64,000 nt of DNA, taken from the NCBI GenBank assembly GCA_903828565.1, contig CAIKMQ010000028.1:4007-68006 (forward strand), written 5' to 3'. Both the position numbers and the translations under genes were made by a program. Shown here one piece after another: positions 12,373 to 21,941 of this stretch. Under the pieces are notes generated by a model, which made no database searches, had not been told where the DNA came from, and saw only the letters and a list, made by a program, of their open reading frames with translations. The DNA is from an uncultured Leptolinea sp. (GTDB taxonomy: Bacteria; Chloroflexota; Anaerolineae; Anaerolineales; Anaerolineaceae). The number at the start of each line of letters is the position of its first letter. Position 1 is the stretch's first letter.

Positions 12373-12728
12373 TGCACCGGGGAATAAGGGAAAATAGCTG
12401 GATCTGGTTGATAAAACAGGTTTCAGGTGGCCTCGTCTTCCTGGTGATCCTTATTCATTTGGTGGTTAATCACCTGGTGGCGGAAGGCGGCCTGCTCACT
12501 TACAACGATGTAATCCATTATTTCTCAAATCCTTGGATAGCAGGAATGGAGATCTTCTTCCTGATCGTGGTAGTTGGACATTCTTTACTTGGTTTACGAA
12601 GCATCCTGCTTGACTTCAACCCGGGTGTCACATTCTTGCGGGTTGCAGACCTGGTATTGGGTGTGACCGGTGCAGCAGCAATCGTGTACGGAGTCTGGCT
12701 GACGCTTACTGTAGCATCAGTGGTATGA
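12369..12728 (+). CDS. SdhD-like membrane anchor subunit
   Basis: 119 aa with three predicted TM helices and VGHSLLGLRSILLDF. It overlaps the previous gene by 4 nt. Confidence 0.6.
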   Translation: MMHRGIRENSWIWLIKQVSGGLVFLVILIHLVVNHLVAEGGLLTYNDVIHYFSNPWIAGMEIFFLIVVVGHSLLGLRSILLDFNPGVTFLRVADLVLGVTGAAAIVYGVWLTLTVASVV

Positions 12729-12749
12729 TTGGCGCAATTTTAGGGAACT

Positions 12750-13790
12750 ATGAATTATCTGATTATTGGTGCAGGCGCAATCGGAACCTACCTGGGTGCT
12801 TCCCTGATACATGCCGGCTGCCGGGTGACAATTGCAGAGCGCGAAGATGTAGCGGAAGTAATAGCCAGGGACGGTCTACAGCTAGAATTGTTGGATGGAA
12901 TACTTTTAAAGAAATTCCCTGAGATTGAAGTAAACATTCAAGCAGGTTTACAGAAAAACCCGGATGTTGTTATCTTCGCAATGAAATCTTTTGACACTGC
13001 CGATGCTGCCAGTCAGTTGCAGGATCATCAGCATCAATTTCGGGTTGCACTCTGTCTTCAAAATGGCGTTGAAAATGAGGGGGTGATCGCTCGTTTTATT
13101 GGGAAAGATAAAGTAGCCACAGGCAGCATCACCAGCGCGGTGGAACGGACAGGATCCGGTCAGGCGCGGTTGGAAAAACTTCGCGGTATCGGGATAGGAA
13201 GTGATCACTCCTTGGCCGGCGAAATTTACCGAGATTTTCAAGCCGCTGGTCTCAAACCGAAACTGATTAAGGATACTGGCGCGATGAAGTGGACGAAAAT
13301 GCTTTCCAATTTACTTGGGAATGCTACGGCTGCCATTTTGGATATGACCCCGGGAAAAGTGTTTGCCCACCCTGTCGGGTATGAGATCGAACGCGGACAG
13401 ATGTCTGAAGCTGTGGCGGTCATGCGTCACCTTGGTATTAAAGTGATCAATCTTCCCGGTACGCCAATGCTTTGGCTTGTGTGGTTGATGCTATCCATGC
13501 CGGTCTGGCTCTCCCGTCCTCTGTTGGCAAAGGCAATGGGTTCCGGTCGGGGAAATAAAATGCCATCATTCCACATTGATCTACATGCAGGTCGTTCCAG
13601 ATTGGAATCGGGTTACTTAAATGGGGCAATCGTCAGGTATGGTAAACAATCAGGTGTGGAAACTCCTGTTAATGTTATTCTGGTTCAGTTGCTAGAGGAA
13701 ATGATAGGTAACAATAAGTTGCAGGAAGTGTATCGATCAAAACCCGAAAAACTAATGTCAACAATTAAGGAAATAACACAGATCCAGTAG
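12750..13790 (+). CDS. panE: 2-dehydropantoate 2-reductase family (ketopantoate reductase, ApbA/PanE)
   Basis: 346 aa with an N-terminal Rossmann motif (IIGAGAIGTYLGASL) and a central KWTKMLSNLLGNA region typical of the ApbA family. Confidence 0.7.
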   Translation: MNYLIIGAGAIGTYLGASLIHAGCRVTIAEREDVAEVIARDGLQLELLDGILLKKFPEIEVNIQAGLQKNPDVVIFAMKSFDTADAASQLQDHQHQFRVALCLQNGVENEGVIARFIGKDKVATGSITSAVERTGSGQARLEKLRGIGIGSDHSLAGEIYRDFQAAGLKPKLIKDTGAMKWTKMLSNLLGNATAAILDMTPGKVFAHPVGYEIERGQMSEAVAVMRHLGIKVINLPGTPMLWLVWLMLSMPVWLSRPLLAKAMGSGRGNKMPSFHIDLHAGRSRLESGYLNGAIVRYGKQSGVETPVNVILVQLLEEMIGNNKLQEVYRSKPEKLMSTIKEITQIQ

Positions 13791-13802
13791 GATAGTTTCA
13801 AT

Positions 13803-14933
13803 ATGAAAAATAGAAGAGATGGCAAGCAGCGTATCATTATTAAGATCGGCACTTCTACCCTGACAGCCGGTAAAAAGGCATTATCCTTACCATCCATCCT
13901 CAATCTTGTTCAGCAAATCTCTGTTCAGTACGCGAAGAATCATGAGATTATTCTGGTAACTTCCGGAGCGATTGCTGCCGGACGTGATGTTTTACGATCA
14001 CTGGAAGGAGCTACACAGATTCCAGCGAAACAGGTGTTGGCAGCAATCGGGCAACCACGCCTGATGGAGATCTACACTCAGTTGTTTCGCATCTACCAGA
14101 TCCCTGTCGCACAAGTCCTTCTCACCCGTATTGATCTAGCTGAAAGGCATGGTTATCTCAATGCGCGCAATACATTGATCGGATTACTGGAAAGCGGAAT
14201 CCTCCCGATCATAAACGAAAATGATGCGGTCGCCACAGAAGAGATCCGCGTCGGGGATAATGACAATCTATCTGCCCTGGTTGCCAACCTGGTGGAAGCT
14301 GACCGGCTCATTTTGTTGACAGATCAAGATGGTTTATATACCAGCGACCCGCACAGCGATCCATCTGCAACGCTTATCGATGAGATCAATAATACTGAGA
14401 TACCTGCTGAAGTATGGCAGGCTGCCGGCGGTTCAATGACGGGGCTGGGAACTGGAGGAATGTATACCAAGATCAAAGCGGCAGACCTCGCCAGACGTTC
14501 CGGCACTGAGGTTGTAATCGCCCGGGGAAACGAAGGTCGTGTGATCGAGAAGGCAATATCCAGCGAGAAGGTAGGTACACGGTTTTTCCCGGTGATCTCA
14601 AAACTTGAAAGCCGAAAGCGATATTTCTTATCTGGGCTAAAAACTGCACGTACCACAATCCTGCTGGATGAAGGCGCGGTGATTGCTGTAAAAAATGGTA
14701 ACAGTTTGCTGCCGGCAGGGACAATAGGGGTTGATGGCGTTTTCGAACGCGGTGATATTGTAAAGTTACAAAACCCATCCGGGCAGGAGATTGCAGTTGG
14801 TTTGTGTAATTACTCTGCTGCGGATGTCACCCGAATTTCCGGCCACCGCTCTGAAGAAATACAGGCTATCCTCGGTTATAACTATGGCGATGAGGTTGTT
14901 CATCGCAGTAATCTGATCCTTCTCCAGGGATAA
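13803..14933 (+). CDS. proB: glutamate 5-kinase with C-terminal PUA domain
   Basis: 376 aa with IIIKIGTSTLT, VTSGAIAAG, INENDAV and GDNDNLSALVA. Confidence 0.93.
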   Translation: MKNRRDGKQRIIIKIGTSTLTAGKKALSLPSILNLVQQISVQYAKNHEIILVTSGAIAAGRDVLRSLEGATQIPAKQVLAAIGQPRLMEIYTQLFRIYQIPVAQVLLTRIDLAERHGYLNARNTLIGLLESGILPIINENDAVATEEIRVGDNDNLSALVANLVEADRLILLTDQDGLYTSDPHSDPSATLIDEINNTEIPAEVWQAAGGSMTGLGTGGMYTKIKAADLARRSGTEVVIARGNEGRVIEKAISSEKVGTRFFPVISKLESRKRYFLSGLKTARTTILLDEGAVIAVKNGNSLLPAGTIGVDGVFERGDIVKLQNPSGQEIAVGLCNYSAADVTRISGHRSEEIQAILGYNYGDEVVHRSNLILLQG

Positions 14934-14939
14934 TGAAAT

Positions 14940-16193
14940 ATGGACCTCAATCAAACCCTCCTGAATACCAGCGCTTCTGCACGCAAGCTTGCCATTCTCC
15001 CTACTCACGAAAAGAATGAAGCAATTGCTGCAGTGGCAAGACTGCTGGCTCTACGCCGATCAGAGGTGTTACTGGCGAATGGACTGGATGTAGAGGAAGC
15101 CAAACAGTCAGGTATGCCTGCTGCTATGGTGGATCGATTGACCCTGAATGAAAATAGGTGGAGTGGGGTGATCAACGACCTGAAGGATGTAGCTGATCTG
15201 CCTGATCCTGTGGGATCTGTGCTCGATAAGAAGATACTCCCGGGAGATCTAAAAGTGCAGCGGGTGCGAGTTCCACTGGGAGTTATTGCGGTGATCTATG
15301 AATCACGGCCGAACGTGACCGTGGATGTTTTTGGATTGGCGATAAAAAGTGGCAACGGCATCGTTTTACGGGGCGGAAAAGAAACTCTACGAACCAATGA
15401 AGCGATCATTCAAATCATCCAGGATGGCTTGGCAGAAACTGCGGTACCATCAGAAGCAATCGCATTCATCGATGTTCCGGATAAATATCTGGTCTTGGCT
15501 ATGCTCAAGAGGTATGACCTGATCGATCTTGTTATTCCACGCGGAGGAGCCGGCTTACACAAATTCTGCCGCGAAAATAGCCAGATTCCGGTGATTACTG
15601 GCGGCATCGGGATCTGCCATTTATTTGTGGATGAATCTGCTGAGATAGATAAAAGTCTGGCAGTCATCGAAAATGCAAAGACACAAAGGCCATCAGTATG
15701 CAACGCACTTGATACAGTCCTGGTCCATCGGAATATTGCCGCGAGTTTTATTCCAAAACTGGCTGATCGTATGGCTAACTCAAATGTGATCTTGCATGTT
15801 GATGAAGAAGCAGCGGATTACATACAGCTTTCAGGTGTGGTGCAACCGGCTCAACTGGACGATTTCGACCGTGAATGGCTCTCCCTTGATCTGGGTTTAC
15901 ACATTGTGAAAGATACAGGGGATGCAATCAAGCATATTCAGGCACACAGCACAGCACACTCAGATGGTATCCTCACTCAGGATCCAACTCATGCAGCAGA
16001 GTTTTGTCAGAAGGTAGACTCTGCGGCTGTCTATGTTAATGCCAGCACGCGTTTTACTGACGGCAGTGCATTAGGGTTGGGTGCAGAAATCGCTGTCTCG
16101 ACTCAAAAACTCCATGCCAGAGGTCCGATGGCCCTGGAAGAATTAACTACGTATAAATGGGTGATCGAAGGTCAGTACTCAGTCCGTAAGTAG
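14940..16193 (+). CDS. proA: gamma-glutamyl phosphate reductase
   Basis: 417 aa with GVIAVIYESRPNVT, a CNALDTVLVH catalytic Cys region and NASTRFTDG. Confidence 0.93.
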   Translation: MDLNQTLLNTSASARKLAILPTHEKNEAIAAVARLLALRRSEVLLANGLDVEEAKQSGMPAAMVDRLTLNENRWSGVINDLKDVADLPDPVGSVLDKKILPGDLKVQRVRVPLGVIAVIYESRPNVTVDVFGLAIKSGNGIVLRGGKETLRTNEAIIQIIQDGLAETAVPSEAIAFIDVPDKYLVLAMLKRYDLIDLVIPRGGAGLHKFCRENSQIPVITGGIGICHLFVDESAEIDKSLAVIENAKTQRPSVCNALDTVLVHRNIAASFIPKLADRMANSNVILHVDEEAADYIQLSGVVQPAQLDDFDREWLSLDLGLHIVKDTGDAIKHIQAHSTAHSDGILTQDPTHAAEFCQKVDSAAVYVNASTRFTDGSALGLGAEIAVSTQKLHARGPMALEELTTYKWVIEGQYSVRK

Positions 16194-16195
16194 TG

Positions 16196-18763
16196 TTAAT
16201 CCCCGCGGGAATATTTCTTTTGCCATTCGTACAAGCGGTTGAGAGCATCGATCGGAGATAGCTGGTTAATATCCAGTTTTTGAATTTCCTCGAGCAGGGG
16301 ATTCGTTTCCGGGAAGAGTGCCATCTGTTGAACGGATGAGGATTCAGCTTGTTCACTGCCTCTGGACTGTGTTTCAAGTTCTTTGAGGATCTCATTGGCA
16401 CGAACGATGACTGGCTGGGGGATGCCTGCGATCTGCGCTACATGTATCCCATAGGATTTGTCTGCTCCTCCCGGGATGATCTTGTGAAGGAAAACTACCG
16501 TATCTCCGGATTCTGTCACTGCGACGTTGTAATTCCGGATTCCCGGGTACGTAGTAGATAGCTTGATCATTTCATGATAATGAGTGGCAAAGAGAGTGCG
16601 TGACCTCAGGCGGGGGTGATTATGGATATACTCGATCACTGCCCAGGCAATGGATAGTCCATCGTATGTGCTGGTACCCCTGCCAATTTCATCGAGTATC
16701 AGTAAGCTACGATTGGTCGCGTGGTGTAGTATATTCGCTGTTTCGACCATTTCCACCATGAACGTGGATTGTCCGGAGTGGATCTCGTCTTGAGCACCGA
16801 TCCGGGTAAAGATCCTGTCCACCAGGCCGATCCGGGCAGATGATGCGGGTACGAACGATCCCATCTGGGCCATTAGGACGATCAAAGCTGCCTGGCGTAA
16901 GTAGGTGCTTTTACCGCTCATGTTGGGGCCGGTGATGATCCGAATCAGTTCCCCTGGTTCAGTTTCGATATCGTTCGGAATATATTGGCCGGCCTTTAGT
17001 GTGCTTTCAACTACGGGATGCCTGCCGTCTTTGATAGCAAATCCAACACCATTATCTATCACCGGGCGGGCATAATTTCTGGCTACAGCCACGTCAGCCA
17101 GAGCAGCCATTGCATCCACCTCAGCTAGCATTTGAGAAAGAGAAATCAGCCGCTGGCCATGGTGTTCAATTTCCTTTAACAGGGCTTTAAATAAACGGAC
17201 CTCAATTTCATGAATGCGTGATTCTGCATTCAGAACTAACGTTTCGTACTCCTTTAATTCAGGAGTGATGTACCGTTCAGCGTTAACCAGTGTCTGTTTG
17301 CGGATGTAATCAGCTGGTGCCTGTTGGGAATTTGCATTCGTGATCTCTAGATAATAACCGAAGACCTTATTGAAGCCGACTTTAAGCGTCTTAATGCCGG
17401 TTCGCTGCCTTTCCGCGCTTTCCAAGCCTGCGATCCAATCTCTGGCATGGCGTGAGGCTTCGATAACCTGATCCAGTTCCGAAGAGTAACCGGCGCGAAT
17501 CAGCCCTACCGTATTGATCGTAGCAGGTGGTTCATCATCCAAACAGGCAGAGATGACACCAGCAACATCTGCACATGGTTCAAAACTCTTGTACCTGTCC
17601 TGCACATTCCCTAACTCCTGAATGATCTGCTCCACAACATCTAGCTTGAGAATGGAATCCTTTAATGCAATCAGTTCGCGTGGCGTGACATTCCCAATAC
17701 TGATCCTCGTTGAGATTCGTTCAATATCGGCAATCTGGTGAAGGGCTGATCGCATTTCCATCCTTCGTAAGCCATCTTTGATGAAGAATGAAACCCCGTC
17801 CAAACGGTGGTTGATCTGGCTGATATCCAGTAACGGGCGATTCACCCAGCTTGCCAGTAAGCGATGCCCCATGGACGTCTGGCAGACATCCAGCACGCCC
17901 AGTAGAGAACCATCACGGCTGCCATCTCGGATGGTCGCAGTTAATTCCAGATTTCTTCTGGTCGCTGTGTCAAGGATCATAAAGTCATCCAGGGAATACT
18001 GGCTGATCCCGCTCAATTGGTGCAGAGCCGCCGGTTGTGTATCTTGAATATATTGGACCAAAGCCCCGGCTGCCCGGACTATCAATGGTTGTTTTCCAAT
18101 ACCAAACCCTTCAAGGGTTGAAACCTGGAAGTGGCTTAAGAGGATTTGCTGACATCTACCGGCTTCATATCGCCAGTGGGGATACCTGGTGTAGTGTGAT
18201 GTCGTTCCGGGAACTGGATCCAATTGATCCGATACCAATACTTCAGAAGGATCCAATCGCTGGATCTCAGCCCGCAAAGCTCCCTGAATATCCGTAGAAG
18301 AGAATTGAGTGGCGAGGAATTCTCCTGTAGACACATCTACGCAGGCAACTGCCGCACTCTGTCCTTCAAAGAAGTAAGAGAGCAGATAATTGTTTTTATC
18401 AGCATTCAATAAAGACGGTTCAGTGATGGTCCCAGGGGTGACAATTCGCACAACCTGCCGAGGAAAAAGCCCTTTGCTTGGCTGTTCCCCCACTTGTTCA
18501 CAGATAGCGACATGGTATCCTTTTTCGATTAGTCGTGCCAGATAATTCTCAACAGCATGGTAAGGGATACCAGCCATCGGAACACGAGTTCCTTTGGCTA
18601 CATTGCGGCCAGTCAGCACCAGATCCAGTTCACGCGAGGTCGTCTCAGCATCCTGGTCGAAAGTTTCATAAAAATCCCCCAGACGAAAAAAAACAATGGT
18701 GTCCGGGTAGTCTTTTTTAATATCCAGGTATTGCTGCCTGATGGGTGTGATATCTTCAGCCAT
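16196..18763 (-). CDS. mutS: DNA mismatch repair protein MutS
   Basis: 855 aa with an N-terminal mismatch-binding region (TPIRQQYLDIKKDYPDTIVFFRLGDFYE), Walker A (GPNMSGKST) and DEIGRGTSTYDG. Confidence 0.95.
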   Translation of the reverse strand: MAEDITPIRQQYLDIKKDYPDTIVFFRLGDFYETFDQDAETTSRELDLVLTGRNVAKGTRVPMAGIPYHAVENYLARLIEKGYHVAICEQVGEQPSKGLFPRQVVRIVTPGTITEPSLLNADKNNYLLSYFFEGQSAAVACVDVSTGEFLATQFSSTDIQGALRAEIQRLDPSEVLVSDQLDPVPGTTSHYTRYPHWRYEAGRCQQILLSHFQVSTLEGFGIGKQPLIVRAAGALVQYIQDTQPAALHQLSGISQYSLDDFMILDTATRRNLELTATIRDGSRDGSLLGVLDVCQTSMGHRLLASWVNRPLLDISQINHRLDGVSFFIKDGLRRMEMRSALHQIADIERISTRISIGNVTPRELIALKDSILKLDVVEQIIQELGNVQDRYKSFEPCADVAGVISACLDDEPPATINTVGLIRAGYSSELDQVIEASRHARDWIAGLESAERQRTGIKTLKVGFNKVFGYYLEITNANSQQAPADYIRKQTLVNAERYITPELKEYETLVLNAESRIHEIEVRLFKALLKEIEHHGQRLISLSQMLAEVDAMAALADVAVARNYARPVIDNGVGFAIKDGRHPVVESTLKAGQYIPNDIETEPGELIRIITGPNMSGKSTYLRQAALIVLMAQMGSFVPASSARIGLVDRIFTRIGAQDEIHSGQSTFMVEMVETANILHHATNRSLLILDEIGRGTSTYDGLSIAWAVIEYIHNHPRLRSRTLFATHYHEMIKLSTTYPGIRNYNVAVTESGDTVVFLHKIIPGGADKSYGIHVAQIAGIPQPVIVRANEILKELETQSRGSEQAESSSVQQMALFPETNPLLEEIQKLDINQLSPIDALNRLYEWQKKYSRGD

Positions 18764-18840
18764 AATGTAATTTTATCTCATCCCTAATTGGTAACTGGAT
18801 TATAATATTATCACTATACACTATTGAATTGGAGGAAACT

Positions 18841-19953
18841 ATGGCAAGCGTATCATATAACCATGTATCAAAACGTTTTGGAGATTTTTCAGCCCTGAAA
18901 GATTTGAACATCGGTATCGAGGATAAAGAATTCCTCGTGCTGGTTGGGCCTTCAGGTTGTGGAAAGACAACAGCTCTGCGTTGCCTTGCCGGACTGGAAG
19001 AAGTCACCAGCGGTGAAGTTATGATTGGTGATGTCGTGGTAAACGATGTTGCACCCAAAGACCGCGACATTGCAATGGTGTTCCAGTCGTACGCTCTTTA
19101 TCCCCATATGACCGTGTATGACAACATGGCTTTTGGCTTGAAGTTACGCAAGCTGCCAAAAGAAGAGATAAAGACTAGAGTAGAAAATGCTGCAAAGATC
19201 CTTGGTATCGAACAGCTGCTGAAAAGACGCCCGCGTGAATTATCCGGTGGTCAGCGACAGCGTGTTGCCCTCGGCCGGGCTATTGTACGTGAGCCTAAAG
19301 TTTTCCTCTTTGATGAGCCGCTTTCCAACCTGGATGCAAAACTGCGCGTACAAACACGTGCTGAAATCTCCAAGTTGCACCAGCGCCTGCAAACAACCTT
19401 TATCTATGTGACCCATGACCAGACCGAAGCCATGACGATGGCATCCAGAATTGCAGTCATGAACAAAGGTGTGTTGCAGCAGCTTGATACTCCGCAAAAC
19501 CTGTATGACTTCCCTGCAAATATGTTTGTTGCCGGTTTTATCGGCTCTCCTGCCATGAATTTCTTCCAGGCCAGGTTAGTAAAAGAAGGAACCTATCTGT
19601 TCCTGGATACCGGCGACATGAAAGTAAAGATACCTGAATCTCGTGCCAAAATCTATATGCCGCTTGCTGGCAGGGATGTCATCTTTGGTATACGCCCGGA
19701 AAATATACATAACCCGCAGTTCGCTCCTCCTGGAATACATGCCGAAATTGTAAAAACCAAAGTGGATGTAGTGGAACTGATGGGTTTCGAGATTCTGCTC
19801 TATCTTGTTAGTGGAAACACAACCTTCGTAGCCCGTGTGGATCCGCGCACCCGCTTCGCAATGGGAGATAACGTGGAATTGGTATTTGATATGGATCACT
19901 TCCATATTTTTGATCCGGGTTCAGATCCTGAAAACCCGGTGGCCGTACGCTAG
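18841..19953 (+). CDS. sugar-type ABC transporter ATP-binding protein (MsmX/UgpC/MalK family)
   Basis: The start is set at ATG 18841, after GGAGGA. It has Walker A (GPSGCGKTT), the signature LSGGQRQRVALGRA, Walker B (FLFDEPLSNLD) and a C-terminal TOBE-like domain. No permease or binding-protein gene is adjacent. Confidence 0.88.
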   Translation: MASVSYNHVSKRFGDFSALKDLNIGIEDKEFLVLVGPSGCGKTTALRCLAGLEEVTSGEVMIGDVVVNDVAPKDRDIAMVFQSYALYPHMTVYDNMAFGLKLRKLPKEEIKTRVENAAKILGIEQLLKRRPRELSGGQRQRVALGRAIVREPKVFLFDEPLSNLDAKLRVQTRAEISKLHQRLQTTFIYVTHDQTEAMTMASRIAVMNKGVLQQLDTPQNLYDFPANMFVAGFIGSPAMNFFQARLVKEGTYLFLDTGDMKVKIPESRAKIYMPLAGRDVIFGIRPENIHNPQFAPPGIHAEIVKTKVDVVELMGFEILLYLVSGNTTFVARVDPRTRFAMGDNVELVFDMDHFHIFDPGSDPENPVAVR

Positions 19954-19979
19954 AAGTATTATTATCACCACGAAATCAA

Positions 19980-20004
19980 GTAGCGCAAGGCTTCCTTGCG
20001 CTAC
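19980..20004 (+). terminator. hairpin after the ABC ATPase gene
   Basis: GTAGCGCAAGG-ctt-CCTTGCGCTAC is an 11-bp stem, but the following T tail is weak (TATATT). Confidence 0.4.
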
Positions 20005-20025
20005 TATATTAAACAGGAGGTCTAT

Positions 20026-21234
20026 ATGACATTCACTGAAATAAAACCTTTGCTCGCACCCAATAAGAGTAAGATCGTCATGCTGGTTATGGATGGCCTT
20101 GGAGGTTTACCATTAAAGTCGGGCGGTAAAACAGAGCTTGAAACTGCAAACACACCTAATCTGGATCGGCTGGCTTCTGAAGGGTGCCTTGGGCAGACGT
20201 TGCCTCTGGATTACGGCATTACTCCAGGTTCCGGCCCGGCTCATTTATCTCTTTTCGGTTACGATCCCGTTGCGCATGAAGTGGGTCGGGGGGTGTTGGA
20301 AGCGATCGGAGTTGGCATGTATGTCAATAAGGGGGATGTGGCAGCCCGGGGAAACTTCTGCACAGTTGATGAATCAGGCGTCATCGTGGATAGACGGGCA
20401 GGCCGAATACCCAGTGAAGAAGCAGAACCCATTGTGGAACGCTTAAGAGCCATCAAGCTGCCGGGCGTGGTGATAGAGATCAATCATGTGAAGGAACACC
20501 GCTTTGCAGTCGTCATCCGGGGTGAAGGGCTAACCCCCGATCTGGAAGAGACAGACCCGCAAAAACTGGGTGTCGCTCCTTATGAGGTGAAACCGAAGAA
20601 TGCCGGCGCGAAAAAGGCGGCTGATCTTTACAACCAGTGGATTGCTGCTGCCCGTGAGATTATCAAAGATGAGCCCAAAGCGAATGCGCTGACATTACGA
20701 GGTTTCGCGACCGACCCTGGGCTTGAGAATTATGCATCACGTTATGAGCTGAATGCAGCTTGCGTGGCGGTTTACCCCATGTACAGGGGCGTGGCTCAGC
20801 TGGTAGGGATGAAGATTATTGAATTCAAAGGCGAATCACCAGCCGATGAGTTCGATGCACTTGCCAGTGTTTGGAATGACCATGACTTCTTCTTTGTTCA
20901 TATTAAAAAAACTGACAGCTATGGCGAAGACGGGAATTTTGATGGTAAGGTACACGTCATTGAGAGCGTGGATTTAGCCTTACCAAAACTTGTGGCATTG
21001 AAGCCGGATGTCCTGATCGTAACCGGTGATCACAGCACACCAGCACTGTTGAAATCACATAGCTGGCACCCGGTGCCATTCCTGCTCTGGGCACCCGGTG
21101 CAGTCCGCCCGGATGATCGGCAGCAATTTGGAGAGACCCAGTGCGCACAGGGTGGGTTAGGGACTTTCCATGCGTTAAATGCCATGCCTCTTGCCCTTGG
21201 CCATTCACAAAGGCTGAATAAATTTGGCGCGTGA
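20026..21234 (+). CDS. apgM: cofactor-independent phosphoglycerate mutase, archaeal-type (ApgM family)
   Basis: The start is set at ATG 20026, after AGGAGG. It contains VMLVMDGLGG, TANTPNLDRLA, FFFVHIKKTDSYGEDG and IVTGDHSTP. Confidence 0.8.
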   Translation: MTFTEIKPLLAPNKSKIVMLVMDGLGGLPLKSGGKTELETANTPNLDRLASEGCLGQTLPLDYGITPGSGPAHLSLFGYDPVAHEVGRGVLEAIGVGMYVNKGDVAARGNFCTVDESGVIVDRRAGRIPSEEAEPIVERLRAIKLPGVVIEINHVKEHRFAVVIRGEGLTPDLEETDPQKLGVAPYEVKPKNAGAKKAADLYNQWIAAAREIIKDEPKANALTLRGFATDPGLENYASRYELNAACVAVYPMYRGVAQLVGMKIIEFKGESPADEFDALASVWNDHDFFFVHIKKTDSYGEDGNFDGKVHVIESVDLALPKLVALKPDVLIVTGDHSTPALLKSHSWHPVPFLLWAPGAVRPDDRQQFGETQCAQGGLGTFHALNAMPLALGHSQRLNKFGA

Positions 21235-21256
21235 TTTGATCGGACTTGATAACCAA

Positions 21257-21284
21257 CCCGGCATTAATGCCGGGTTTTCTTTTT
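21257..21284 (+). terminator. rho-independent terminator after apgM
   Basis: The palindrome CCCGGCATTAATGCCGGG is followed by TTTTCTTTTT. It overlaps the last codons of the convergent minus-strand gene. Confidence 0.6.
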
Positions 21285-21941
21285 AATAAATGGTTGTGTG
21301 ATCGCTACCACCGCAATGATCAGGCTTAATAGGCTGACGTAAATGAAGGCATCGCTCCAGAAGCGCAAAGGGAATAAGCGGATGAATGTATCGGAGTAAT
21401 AAAAGATCCAGCTGTCGCCCTGGAAGAACAGTGTATGGAACCAGGTAAAGAATGCTGAAAAATCCAGTGCCACAGAAAAGAGTATGGCCAGCATGATACC
21501 AATCAGCAGCCATCCACCAGCACGGAGGCCTTTCCATAACTGGGCTGCATGTTTCAAAGAGACTAACAGAAGAATTGACAGAAGGAAGACTGCCAACACA
21601 ATTGCATAGATTTCCAATCCCTTGTGAACAAGGACCTTCACATCATCCATGTGCGATAATTCGCGTTCATTGTAAAGGGGGGATCCGTCTGGCAGTTGAT
21701 ATGCTGAAAAAAACTCCGCGTTTTCATTATTAAGCAGGTAATCGATCGAAATATCAGACCACTTCAGGCGATCTGCCTGCGTGAAACCATACGGGTCATC
21801 GGGGAAACCTGGCATGCGATACTCTGCTGCCGGGAAAAAGGGCGTCAGTAAAAGCCGGACGAATGCGAGCATCACGACCGCCGGGAAAAGGATAGCGACA
21901 ATCCAACTGATAAGTGCTGCAATTTTATTTTTCATGATCAC
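21264..21941 (-). CDS. TIGR01906/DUF1461-family integral membrane protein
   Basis: 225 aa with four or five TM helices. The conserved-looking motif FFTWFHTLFFQGDSWIF is typical of this family. Confidence 0.55.
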   Translation of the reverse strand: MIMKNKIAALISWIVAILFPAVVMLAFVRLLLTPFFPAAEYRMPGFPDDPYGFTQADRLKWSDISIDYLLNNENAEFFSAYQLPDGSPLYNERELSHMDDVKVLVHKGLEIYAIVLAVFLLSILLLVSLKHAAQLWKGLRAGGWLLIGIMLAILFSVALDFSAFFTWFHTLFFQGDSWIFYYSDTFIRLFPLRFWSDAFIYVSLLSLIIAVVAITQPFIKKKTRH

